Below are positions 30,420 through 43,564 of a DNA stretch of 64,000 nt, one piece after another. Numbering within the stretch: position 1 is the stretch's first letter; each line of letters begins with the position of its first letter. The notes under the pieces were generated by a model. The model ran no database searches. It had not been told where the DNA came from and saw nothing but the letters and a program-made list of their open reading frames with translations. Origin of the DNA: Eledone cirrhosa (Eukaryota); the NCBI GenBank assembly GCA_964016885.1, contig OZ024742.1, positions 55,180,001-55,244,000 on the forward strand. The letters run 5' to 3'. A program made the translations under genes and the position numbers.

Positions 30420-31670
30420 AAAAACGCTCCTGGGGGTACCGGAAAAATGTTGTAACGAATTTGATTCTCGCTAAGATTCGTCAGGAGAAAAAAAGTTGCG
30501 TTGTCCGTTGCATCGTCCGGGATCGCTGCTACTTTGCTGCCGGGAGGCAGGACAGCACATTCAACCTTTAAACTCCCCTTGGATTTAGTAAAAACTGAGA
30601 CACCAACATGCAATATCAGCAAGAGTTCACACAAATCTCTGGTTCTCAAAAGATGTTGCCTCATTGTTTCGGATGAGTGCACAATGGCACACAAGGGTGC
30701 CCTTGAGGCATTGGACAGGTCCCTAAAGACATTAGGGATTCTACGGCTCCTATGGGTGGCGTAACACTTCTGCTATCAGGGGATTTTCGGAAAACGCTGC
30801 CTGTCATCCCCAAAGGGACAAGAACTGATGAAGTGCGTGCCTGTCTTAAGTCGTCCATGTTGTAGCTCCGGGTGAATAGTTTGTACCTGAGCACAAATAT
30901 GCGTGCTCATTTGCATGGTGACAACATGTCTGCAGCACAGAACATTTTACCACTTGGTGAGGGCAAGATCCCTGCGGATGACAAGGGCGGCATAGCAATC
31001 GACACCCTGTGCAACATTGTGAGCAGCCCTTCTGACCTTTGGGAAGCAGTTTTTCCTAATGTCTCATCTAACTTTAAAAACCTCGATTGGCTCAGCGAAA
31101 GAGCCATCCCTGCTCCGAAAAATACCATGGTTAATTTTATTAACGAGCAGCTGATTGAGAAGATTCCCGGTAAAGAGCACATCTTCAAATCAGACCCCGA
31201 CGATATCGTTAATTATCCGGTTGAGTTATTAAATCTCCTTGAGCCCCCAGGGCTCCCACCTCACATTATTAAGCTTAGGGTTGGCTGTCCCATTATGCTA
31301 ATAAGGCACTTGCGTCCACCAAAGCAGTGCAACGGTACTCGCATGGTCGTCAAGTCACTGACACCCACTTGATTGAGGCCACCATTGTAACGGGGTGCGG
31401 AAGAGGGGAGAATGTTTTCATTCCAAGGCGTCAGATATCCCGTTCGATTTCCGGCGATCCCACTTCCCGGTGAGACCATGTTTTGCCATGTTTTGCCATG
31501 ACAAGTCACAAGAGCAAACATTGTCGGTGGCGGGCATCCATTTGAGGGAGTCATGCTTCTCCCATGGCCAACTTTATGTTGCCTGTTCCCGCGCAGGGAG
31601 CAGGAATGGACTTGTTGCTTACTCTCCTCAAGGGATGACACGCAATATCGTCTACAAAGAGGTGCTATAG
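30420..31670 (+). pseudogene. Helitron PIF1-like SF1 helicase, frameshifted
   Basis: APGGTGK, VASSGIAATLLPGGRTAHSTFKLP, DECTM, GDFR, LPPH.LKLRVG..IML.R.L...CNGTR, CFSHGQLYVACSR. Confidence 0.9.
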
Positions 31671-32384
31671 ATGTTGGTGCAGGTGCTGGAGCTATGCCGT
31701 CTGGAACACTATTTCCTGGTAGGGTATCCCATGGTGGACAGATCTGACACCCAGCGGCATCAGGACCACCATCTTGCAACTTTGGTCTACTAAATTCGCT
31801 ATTGGAAGATTATTAACCCATCATTGATTGACCAAAATGCTAATTGGTTCGTAACTTTTAATAACCGGTTCAACTGCTTTATGCACTTAATTGGTAAGCT
31901 TATTCGCTTTCAAACCACGTTTACCTGTATGTAACTTTTCATAGCAATTGAACAAACCCGAGCAAGGCCGGGCTAAACTGCTACTTGTTTTCACGTTGTA
32001 CTAGAAGAAGACCGAACAAAATAGCACTGAGACCAGTTTTAATGTAGATAAAAGAGGATATCTAATATTACAAACGCCTATTATACGAAGAAACTTAATT
32101 ATTCGTGACCAGAATTAATGTTTACGTTGTACTACATTTTTTTTTACAAATGATAAATGGTAATTATTGACACCCTCAGAAATGATGGAGATGCAGATAC
32201 ACAAACAAAGAAAAGAAATCAATTTGATGCATAATATAAATTCGGATATTGAAAATTAACGTGCAATAATACGAATTTTTTTAATTATCTTAGAAGGAAG
32301 CTAAGTCATGAAAATTCCATAATTGATAGATTTTATGGCAGTAAAACATAATTAAACGTGCCATGCATTCATGACTTAGTTATA

Positions 32385-32427
<43 letters not shown>

Positions 32428-32431
<4 letters not shown>

Positions 32432-32840
32432 GGAAAAAAAAGAAACGAAATTTCATTTTCCACTCTTAGTACGGCTGTTACTTAAATATAAGTATGTACA
32501 CATACATATATGTATACAGACGTACAGTAGTATGTATATATATATACACACATGCACACATATATATATATATATGTACGTATGGATTTACCGAACATTT
32601 ATTATAATGCTCGGTGTGTTTGTAAACAAACACCCCGTATTACCTTTGTCAGTGTTGAACCAACGAGCAACGATGGTTGCTAGACACTACGGCTTAATAT
32701 GGGATGTTTGTTTACAAACACACCGAGCATTATAATAAATGTTCGGTGAATCCATACGTACATATATATATGTGTGCATGTACGTATATATATACATACT
32801 ACTGTACGTCTGTATACATATAGGTATGTATGTGTACATA

Positions 32841-32845
<5 letters not shown>
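32428..32845. mobile_element. Fold-back element in (TA)n, ~150 bp arms, ~60 nt tail
   Basis: 32490-32642 inverts 32695-32843; extra 32428-32489; TA both sides. Confidence 0.7.
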
Positions 32846-32884
<39 letters not shown>

Positions 32885-32887
<3 letters not shown>

Positions 32888-35706
32888 TAAAATAACAGAT
32901 TAAAGTTTAAGCAAAGAATCGTTGCTTTCACCCTTAACGGGATCTTCTGAAACTAACAAAGTCCATCTGTAAACGCAGAACTGGATATTTCAAAAAACGT
33001 TGCAACCGGAGGAAGACAGGAAGACTATACTTTGGTTCGTGGAAACGCTCGCTGGCAAAGAACGGGAAAAAACGAATAATACGTCATTAATAGGAGCGAG
33101 GAAAAACAATTACGCACAAAGACAGAACCACGTTTATGGTATAAAAGAGGTCGTAGACTAATGTTCTCTTAGGTGGTGCATAGAGACGTTCTCTGGCAAT
33201 GAACGAAAAACGAAGATAATACGTCATATGTGGAGCGAGGGGAACAATAGCACGCCAAGACAAAACCACGTAAATGGTATAGCAGAAGTCGTAGACTAAA
33301 ATTCTAACCAGGAGACCAAATGAATCTCCGCTACAGAGTTAAGAACAAAGTAAATAAATACAATACAGAAGTAATAGAAATAAATAAATAAATACACGCA
33401 AACAAATACGTACATACACAAGCATACGCAAAACCTTACCATAGGTATACAAAACCACGTACAAATAAATATGTGTGTGTGTGTATGCGTGTATACAAAT
33501 AAATAAATAATTATATAAATGTATAAGAATAAATAAATACGTATATAACAAGCGCACACACACCTACATATAAATACACGAATGTTCGGAGACGTAAGCC
33601 AACCAAAACAAGAAGTACACATATACACACACCCACCATACGTACGAACCTGCATACTCACACAGACGCAAAACTCCCGTATACACATAGCCAAACCCTA
33701 TGTACCAGAAATATAAAATTATACGCCATAACAATCAAATATACGTACGAGAAGGTATACGTACCTTCACAAAACATACGGGTAATATATACTCACCTAT
33801 GCAAATAAACAAAACATATACTTAGCTCCCACATCAAGACGTAAAATATTCACGTATAGATCGTACTATCCGTTAGGGTATAACGTGGGGCTGTAATACA
33901 GGAAAGTTTTGTGCAATATATGTTTACAAGCCGAAATTGCCTCAGATTTTTTGTTTAAGATGTGGTCTGTGGCGTAGAGTATTTCCAGGGCCCCAGCGGC
34001 GCAGAGGTCACATGGTCTTTTATTTCCGTTATACGATCTAGCCCTAGCTAGGATCTCCCAGTGTAACTTATATTGGGTGTGGTTGTCTTTTAGACTTCAG
34101 ATATAAGCTGAAAGTGACGTCATATTGCTTCTTAGAGGGTAACGAAAAGAATGGGTATGCATGTAGAGACGCTGCTTGAAACTATTGGCGGTTAACCCTA
34201 TGTAGGCCCTATGGGACGTGGGTGTTACAATCTTACATTTGTAGACAATGTTACTAGAGAGGCATTTCCCGGATAGGGGGCAATCAGCCCTGTTCCTAGA
34301 ATTACAATTAGTACTAACTACAGGGTTGCACGTGTTCCTACGGCTACGTAGTTTAGCTAAATTTGAAGCTGTGACGTTATGTGCAAGGTTAGGAGTCTAG
34401 AGTAAGAAATTTTAATAGTATTTCTATTAAAAATGTTACTATATTTATGTGTAAGGGGAAAATGCTTCGTAATAACGGAAAGAAAGATCTTAGCTAATGG
34501 TGTGGCCACCTCCATATTATATGGTGGGTTATACCAACAAATGCGACGGGATCTATTTCTTCTAGGTCTATTTTCGTGCTCTGTATATGCTACCTTATCG
34601 ATAAATCCACTTCGAGCAAGAGCTTCATTGTAATAAGTGGAATGGTCGTTGAAAATACGCTCGTTGGTGGAAAGACGGGAAATCCTCAATGAAACGTTTC
34701 TTACCAGGTTCTTGGTTATGCTGGCAGGATGGTTGGAATGCTTACTTATTTAATTAAGCGTATCATTCGGCTTTCTATACGGGTAATACAACCTATTCAA
34801 TAAATTGAGGGTAACGTCGAGGTAATTAACGATCGAGTGATTGACCTCAACCTGTATAGAGAGGTTGAAGCCTTTAAAGAAGGCTGTGAGTTATTTTCTG
34901 AACCTGTCGCAAGCACGAGGTCCGCACTTAGTCATGGTCAAAAGACCATCGTCACGGTACAAACCACCGCCCGCGTTGGGGAATTCGTCCTTGATAGGGA
35001 AAAGAAGGAAAAGGCCAATAAGATCAGTAACCTCCGCAGAGTCACATGCGCCCATACTCACGTCGAATGGGGTACTATTGGATTTTTTAATCCAAATAGA
35101 GTCGTCGAAATTAATCACCGACTTTCGGGCATTGAGGATGACATCAACTTCGAAATCCTTAACCACTGTGAGTGTTTTAGCGAAATTGATAGCTCTAATG
35201 AGAAGTGGTGAAGTGATGGAGGAGTAGTAATTGTTGATGTCGAATTGGATAAAACGGCAATTTTCCTTGTTACATATGCCGTTGAACCAATCAATCACCG
35301 CGAAAGAATTGTTCCACAGTGCAAGAGGGGCCAAACTTCTATTTTCAGGTATAATTCTATCAAGAATCGTTTTACTAAGTCTACCTAAATCGGACTTCGT
35401 AGGGTTAATAAGCCGAATAAAGGGGTTGTTCGGAAAATTGGATTTGTGATCCTTCAGGGTAAAGTGGGGAGAAATAGGGTCCAGAGGTTCGGTCCGGTCC
35501 AGGATGTTGAGATCAGATGAAATTTTAAACCCAGCATCGTTGATTTCATTGATGACGCACCGATTAGTTTTACGGTAATCCTTAGTTACAGCATTATGTA
35601 GTAGTTGATGGTAAGTACTGCGCTCCACTTGATATTGGTTGCCAGTTTTGTCGGAATGGACGTGCACGGCGTTAGAATCCTTAATAGAACGAATTCTATT
35701 CCTCAG
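32885..35706 (-). mobile_element. 5'-truncated Penelope-like element (RT + GIY-YIG + 3' UTR), frameshifted
   Basis: DKTGN, IRLINP, FIQFDINNYY, MGACDSAE, LYRDDGL, SNHP, WYNPPY, NCR..CPLSGKCL..IVY, YIGLT..FKQR, WEILARA, CDLC, LNKKSE..CKH. Confidence 0.92.
33045..33306. repeat. ~145 bp imperfect tandem duplication in PLE 3' UTR
   Basis: ATAATACGTCAT..GGAGCGAGG..AACCACGT..GTCGTAGACTAA occurs twice. Confidence 0.8.
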
Positions 35707-35710
35707 ATAT

Positions 35711-36773
35711 ATAGTTTTGCGAGGTTTTTTATATGAAATCGTGTGTCGAAACAAATATTGTTATACTTGAGGAGGGTCATATTTGTGTAATAATATTGCC
35801 AGAATTAATAACAGAACACACTCACTGTGAGGTTGGTTTTCGCTTCTGTGTCTTATATATCGGTTAATTTAATTTATTCGGTCCTCAATGTTACCATTGA
35901 CTGACCAACGGTCAAAAACACAGATACAATATAGACACAAACACATATATATGGTCTAACAAAGTTCTTTCGTTACATATCTCCATCATCGTCAGTAGTG
36001 CTATTATGTTTCCCCCCCGTTGCATTGTATGCCTACGCCATCTTTATTTAGTCTGTTTATTTATTTATTTATTTGTTTATTTTTTTGTCTTCTCTGCGCA
36101 TGCATTTGCGTGTGTGTATAGTGTTTTGTTTGATGTGTGTTCGTGTTTGGGTGACTGTGTATTGGTTATTGTATTCTATCTTAGTTTACTTGTGTGTGTT
36201 TATATGTGTGTGCATGTATTTATTTATTTATTTATTTATTTATATTGAATAACAACAACACCCAAACAAACAATACTGATCTAAGAGAAGTATAAATAAA
36301 TAAATAAATAAATACATACACAAGCACAATAACAACAAACACATATAAACACACACTAGTAAACTAAGATAGAATACAATAACCAATACACAGTCACCCA
36401 ATCACGAACACACATCAAACAAAACATGCGCAGAGAAGACAAAAAAATAAACAAATAAATAAATAAATAAACAGACTAAATAAAGATGGCGGAGGCATAC
36501 AATGCAACGGGAGGAAACATAATAGCACCACTGACGATGTTGTTGCAGATGTGCAACGAAAGAACTTTGTTAGACTATATATATGTGTTTGCGTCTATAT
36601 TGTATCTGTATTTTTGACCGTTGGTCAGTCAATGGTAACATTGAGGACCGAATAAATTAAATTAACCGATATAAAAGACACAGAAGCGAAAACCAACCAA
36701 ACAATGAGTGTGTTCTGTTATTAATTCTGGCAATATTATTACAAAAATATGACCCTCCTCAAATATAACAATA
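35711..36773. mobile_element. Fold-back PLE remnant, family D' (~480 bp arms, 44 nt tail)
   Basis: 35755-~36250 inverts ~36290-36773; terminus ATGACCCTC...TATAACAA as family D; hammerhead-like CTGACGA..GAAAGAACTT at 36531-36567 (+) and 35956-35999 (-). Confidence 0.85.
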
Positions 36774-38487
36774 GGGGAGAAGAGTTAGGAAATAGAGTGA
36801 CAAACTGAGATGGAGGGAGGGGTAGACGTGGAAGGATTCCTTGATCAGTTTTGATATGTAGACTTCATGTCGTGGAATGTAGTGAGGTAAATAGAATTAA
36901 ATTGATCATAGTGGGAGGGATAGAGAGAGAGAGAGAGGGGGGATATATAAAGAGATAAATATATATATAAAAAATAAAGATAAAGATAATAATGACAAAA
37001 ATAAAAGCAAAGAAGGGGAGAGAAAGAAGAAAAGAAAAGATGGCCAAAAAGGGGAGGGAAGGAAGAAAACGAAGAAATAGAAGAGGAATGAAGGAGAAGG
37101 GAGTGATATAGGTATTGGTTTTTGTGGGTAATTAAAAGGGTTTAGATACAATAAGAGGGTATAAAGTCTAAGTATATGCAGTTTGTCAGTTGGTAGTAAG
37201 AGGTTAAGGGTTCGATTTGCACTTGTAGTGCGAAAACGTTTCTAGTGGGTGGTTTGAGTTACAGTTGACGTATGCTAAGTTTTCATTAATGTTGTGAAAA
37301 GGTCTTATAAGTCCCGTATTTAGGCTAAGCGTCGCGTCTAGAAAGTTAACTGTTTTAGTGCTATACTCATACGTTATGCTAAGGCCTAGTTTCCTGAGAG
37401 TCTTTCTAATATTCTTACTGAGTCTTTCTATGCTCTAGTTATTTAGGTTCTTACCTAGGAGAAGGGCGTTGTCTCTGTAGATTCCACCGTAAAGGCCGCT
37501 AAACACTCTGTAAACTATGGGCTATGTAAATACCTACTACATCTGTGACTTGAGCCGAGTCGTTAGCCCCCATCGTGATGTCAAAGCTATTTAATCTATC
37601 CTTACGTTCCCAATAGGCGTTTTCAAATTTAATTATTGTTTTCCTAGCAGCTAATATGATTTTTATCTCGTCGTCTGTTAGGTCAGAATTGGCTTTGGCG
37701 AATGCTAAGGCTTTATCCAAGGTGTTGGGGGATATAGAGGAGTAATAGTCGTTAATGTCAACTTGTATAAATTTACATTCTTTTTTGTTAGCTATATTGT
37801 TAAACCACTTAATTGTTTCGGTAGCGTTACCCCATAGTTTAATCACTAGTTTCTTCTTCATTTGTGCTATCACTCTGTCTAATATATGTTTACTAATTTT
37901 CCCGATGTCCGATTTGGACTGGCATATAAGTCTAATTGTGGGGTTGTAATCAAAATTTACCTTGTGGTCCTTGAGATTAAATGTGGGGGTACATGGCTAA
38001 GCGGCTCCGTTCTGTCGTCTATTCCTAGGTGTTTGACTATATTGTGTGCCTCGTTGTTGATGTTTATCAGTGCCGGCTCATTAGTTTTTATGTATTTCCT
38101 ATGTAAGTCTTTCCGTATGAAGTTATTGCATGTATTAATATCCATCGTATACACATTTGAGGTTTTGTCCGCTTGACAAAGAAACGTTTTCGCACTACAA
38201 GTGCAAATCGAACCCTTAACCTCTTACTACCAACTGACAAACTGCATATACTTAAACTTTATACCCTCTTATTCTATCTAAACCCTTTTAATTACCCACA
38301 CAAACCAATATCTATATCCCTCCCTTCTCCTTCATTCCTCTTCTATTTCTTCGTTTTTATCCTTCCTTCCCTCTCCTTTTTTGCCATCTTTTCTTTTCTT
38401 CTTTCTCCCCCTTCTTTGCTTTTATTTTTGTCATTATTATCTTTATCTTTATTTTATATATATATATTTATCTCTTTATATCTCCCT

Positions 38488-38542
<55 letters not shown>

Positions 38543-38981
38543 ATCCACCCCTCCCACTATGATCAATTTAATTCTCTTTAACTCACTACATTCCACGACA
38601 TGAAGTCTACATATCAAAACTGATCAAGGAATCCTTCCACCTCTACCCCTCCCTCCATCTCAGTTTGTCACTCTACTTCCTAACTCTTCTCCCCTTTCCT
38701 CTTTCTCTCTCTATACTATTCCGCCTGTCCCCTCACCTAATTCCTCTCCCTCTCTCTCTATACTAGTAAATACAATTTCAAAAAAATGTTTTTCTCTATA
38801 TATTAAGAACTATTTCAAGAGTAACTTACTCACTATTTTGAAAATTTGGACGTGAACAACAATTATAATTGAGTGGCTGCTATTTGCAGTATAGCAATAT
38901 AAGGTTGCACTTACCAATGAAACGGTCGTAAATACCTGGATAAAATCCTTCTCTTAATGCTAACCTGGGTTTTCTCTTTTA

Positions 38982-38985
<4 letters not shown>
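36774..38985. mobile_element. Inverted PLE, family B: RT fragment + UTR on minus (36774-38175), 3' UTR/pLTR on plus (38176-38985)
   Basis: FIQVDINDYY, MGANDSAQ, NFLDATL, SNHP on minus; 36774-37242 inverts about 38180-38695; ends in (TA)n. Confidence 0.88.
38834..38934 (+). ncRNA. Hammerhead ribozyme, U3-A8 variant
   Basis: TATT-TTGAAAA-tTTGG...CCAAt-GAAAC GGTC GTA-AATA. Confidence 0.7.
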
Positions 38986-39057
<72 letters not shown>

Positions 39058-39058
<1 letters not shown>

Positions 39059-40122
39059 GGAGAAAGTATGACCCCGACGGCAGAGCTCAAGCCGTTTCGA
39101 CGGCTATTTCTGGACTAAAGTAAGACTTTTTTTAGTCTGGTAAATAAATAGCCGAACATTTCAAGTGTACTTGCTTATATGGAAATATTGTAGTTGTCAA
39201 GGGGATTGGTCAAAATTTGTAGCGGACACAGAAAAGTCTATTATGGCAGTGGGTGTGGGGTGTGGATGGCTGAACTTGCCTGTAGAACAATAGGGGAGTG
39301 GGTAGAGCCGGTCAAGCGTAGAAGGTGAAATCTACACTTCAAATTCAAAGGAATGTGCATGAAAATGTCAGAGGCGCTTGGCGAAAAATGGTATCTTTAG
39401 AAAGTGGAGGCGGGACGTTATAGAAATAGTAAATCAAATACGATTAGGGGACAAATTAAAAATAAAAAAAGAATATAATAAAAAAAATGAGAGAAATATG
39501 TAACAGAAAGTAAGATTGGAAAGTGAGAAGTAAAATAAGGAGTCTAACACAGCTGCTATATTTCGGCCAAAGCCACAGAATGAGTTGCTAGAAGAGAATA
39601 ATTGAAACATTTAGAATTAAATATTTAGTATTAAATATTAATACCACATATCTAGGGTCTAACACAGCAGCTATGAACAGTTAGTATAGGGTAATCGGCG
39701 AATGCTATCTGTAAGTTACTGGGGTAGGGGTACAGAGGCTAAAAAGGCCCGATGGGCTGCCTCGGAGTAGGCGAAAGTGGAAAGAAAACAAAGAAACGAA
39801 CGAGGAAGAAGTTCGGTGGTGGAAAGAAGTGATAGGGGGGAGACAAAAGGAAGAAGAATACATGTAGGAAAAGAAAAGAGGTACATCTACCTATATAAGT
39901 AGGGGTTTATCCTATCTCATTCGGCAAGTGGGGTGTTTCAGCCCTAGTCTACCCACCCGGATCGTTAGGGGGTTTGAGGGCGAGGTAAGTCTTCCGTAAT
40001 ATGTGTTTGCATGCAGTTACCAGTTCGTCTTTTTTGCTTAGGTGTTGATCCTTCGTAAACAGCATTTGTAATGTTTCCTCCGAGCATAAGTTATCCGGAT
40101 GGCGTCCTCCCGTGTAAGAGTT

Positions 40123-40126
<4 letters not shown>
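39058..40126 (-). mobile_element. 5'-truncated PLE, sister subfamily of family A
   Basis: 39950-40126 matches 9045-9235 (RANSYTGGR...LCSEETLQMLF...TACKH); decayed hammerhead 39071-39169; ends CC|(TA)n. Confidence 0.88.
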
Positions 40127-40220
<94 letters not shown>

Positions 40221-43200
40221 TGAGCGATTGAGAGAGATGTGGGTGTATGTTATATATAATACTTATATAGATATAATGCATGTTTGTGTCTCTTTATATC
40301 CATTTATCAACCAAATCTAACCCTATTCAATGCTTAAAAATTCTATGAGTCTAAAGAGTAATTTCTGTGAATAACATGCCTACAGCCTTAATAACCAGTA
40401 CCACTGAAACAGCTTAGTGGGACCTGAGGCGTATATGAACCCATATATTTATGTATAGATCTGGCATTGAATTATATGGATATGTATATATTTCACAGGA
40501 ATTATAGATTAAGCGTTAAAATTCATGCTTAAAATCTCTAGTAATTAATTAGAATACTGTGTATACCAATAGAAATAGGGTTATAAAATAAGGTAATCTA
40601 TACTTCAGTATAGATTTCCCAGGAATACTGCCAACAAATGTAGAATATTTTGTAAATTTCTGACTATAAATACCGAGGTTATTGTCACATTATATTTCAA
40701 CAACGCATTCTCTGGTCACATGTATTTGATTCTCATTTAGTTAATGTTTACAATATTTAATGTCGTCAATAGTTACAACACATACTGAAATATATATTGT
40801 TGATTCGTTATAATGATCCAGCCTTCGCCGTCCTTTCATTCTCCCATTTAACGAAACAAGAGAATTGGTAATGATTTTGCATGTTGAAATAAGGTCAACA
40901 CTATTGAAATTAGGAACAAGCGCAAGTCGATAATTCCGAACCCAGCATTCGATTGTTATTTTATTTTATCAAATCATGAAGGATGAAAGGAGATTTCACA
41001 TTTCTAGTCCTCCGCATTAGTGGACACTAATAATAAAAATAAACAGCATCTGACTTATTGTTTAGACTATACCACAAGTATCGAAAAGGGATTTCACGTT
41101 ATGTCTCCAAATCATATCTGCTTCTTATTCTTAATCAAATAGTCGATTATGACACTTCCACGTGTTCCGTATTCTGCAGGTTTCATCTTCTTATCGATAA
41201 CGACAAAAGTATTTACCAATCATCCCATCTACAACTCTATGAATGTAGATATTATGTGTATCTTGAATAATTTGTTTTCATCGATGCGAATTCTGTTAGA
41301 AATATTTTGTGTAATTTGCGAACATTTGTTATCTTTGTATAAGAAACTTTACTATTAAACTAAATGTACTCCATGAAATATGTATACCAAACTAATATCG
41401 CCGTAGTTTCAATTTTATTTGAGTTTTAGCGTACTTCCAGGCCCTGTCGCTTCTGTGTATTATAGACGCTTTCCTTATAGCATACACATTTCAAATAGAT
41501 GTACATTAGAACTAATGAAGTTACTTCTCATTACATTTAATGATTCATTATTTTCGGCAGCCTTTACTAAGTTAAATGATGCTCTTGCTGAACGGCCTTG
41601 GGGATATATTCTAAGTCTGTTTGATATATTATTCTAACGCGTGACACATCAGCATCGCACTCTAACATAGACACATGTATATATGTTTATTTTGTGATCT
41701 ATGTAATCGGCTATTAAATGATATATACGCAGTATTTCTTGTGTAATGGAAGATATCGGTGTGATTGTGATATTTCAAACAAAATTGTCCGCTTTGTATT
41801 ATGTACATTATTTATTGTTAAACTTTTACCTCAAATTATGTCTCTGTTTATTTTCTTTTTCCATTGGACTCCGAAAATTGGAGGAAACCAAACTTGGGTA
41901 AATTATTTATTTACTGTGCTATGAATGAAAAGAATATTACAACAAAGCTGCTCTCATGTACATCCAGTTCAGTTCTATCAGAGAAGTTTTGATTGAGACA
42001 CAGTCGGTTCTGATGAGGCTTTCCATCAAATAAACTCCCTGAGCGTAAAATGAACGAACAAGACACTGGGTATTCTTTAGATACGTGCGCCCGTAGTATA
42101 GTTAGCAAAGAGATTTAGCGTGACACATTGTGGAACAGAGCTTTCCCTTAGAATTACAGTTACAACTCATTTTTACCTGATGAGTGAGATTAACCAACTT
42201 ACAATGAAGTTTTTCTCAAGGAAATAATGCACTCCAACATCTACGAAGGAATAAATAAATTTATCTATCATATCTTATTTATATGTAGCGTATCTAGGAC
42301 TGCAATATTCAATGACGTCCTCTTTGGAGACACAGCTAGTAGTTATTACTAGAAGATCAGCATGATATCTACCGGCACATGCTCATTGAGTAAAAGATCA
42401 AATGCAAATTCGGAGTAAATGAACGTAATCCGATCAGAACAAAATTTATTTTGTTTTGCTGCAGCATAATCATTTCGTAGAGCTTTAATACTAAAATAGA
42501 AAATGCAGCGATTATCTGCGGTATTAGAGTTACATGAACGAGATAATTCACAAAAACAGATACCCTACTGAAATTCACAGGAAAGCGATTTCCAGGTACG
42601 ATTTTGGATTCTGTTCAGAAAAATACAAGGACCTGACAATTTAAATGAAATGCAAATGTTTCACAATGTCACTCATTACCTGAGTATTCCGCAAAGAGGA
42701 AATTGATTGTACATAATAATTAAAGAATGGGTGCATATTTCAATACTCTCAAATAAAAGTCTTGGAACATGCATTATCTAATGTTTCTGATAAAATTCCA
42801 TCCTCGTTAAAAAACGTGTTTGACACTCCTGCATAAAGAACAGCGGGAACAGGGATTTTATGAGGGGATAACGTTAATATAATGAACGGTGTGCTCATGG
42901 ATGGGGATGCTACAAAATAGGCTACGAAATCGGGTGAAGACAATTAAAGTCGGAAAAAGAAGGTGCCAGGCCGATAAAATCTCCGTGCATGAGCACAACA
43001 TTGTTTATAGAAACTTATATTATTATGAGATTTAAACAACTGAAACTATTATTAAAATGTGAAAACGGAATCGCGGTTCAGAAGAGAGAGAAATATTGTA
43101 AGTTTGAAACTCCGTAGAATATTTCCCCATTTCATGGCATAAGACATACATATGAATAATATATAATATATAAGTCAATTTATGCGGCTTTCCTTATGCA

Positions 43201-43343
43201 TGAAGTTATTTTGATATGAAATCCATGTGTACCACTACTCTATTGCACACCCTATTTGCATGAGTTTAGGTTTTATTACTCTTCCGGAAAATATATTCAT
43301 ATACTTATATATATGTGTATGTATTATATACATATATATACAC

Positions 43344-43430
<87 letters not shown>

Positions 43431-43466
43431 GTATATATACATATAAATATATACATATATATATAC

Positions 43467-43564
<98 letters not shown>

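Larger units (their letters stand above)
28389..31984 (+). mobile_element. Helitron deletion derivative
   Basis: A|TC start, 3' hairpin CCCG-AGCAAGGC-CGGG then CTAC|T (CTRR-like); encodes N-terminal Zn finger and PIF1-like helicase remnants. Confidence 0.85.

Noticed and set aside
32905-33000. Expected hammerhead at the 3' end of the 32885-35706 PLE (TTGAAAT...GGGT GAAAGC, minus)
   Set aside because: A9 and the NUH triplet are missing; too decayed to call
33045-33306. CRISPR-like or regularly spaced repeats
   Set aside because: Two long imperfect tandem units, no repeat-spacer structure, eukaryotic context
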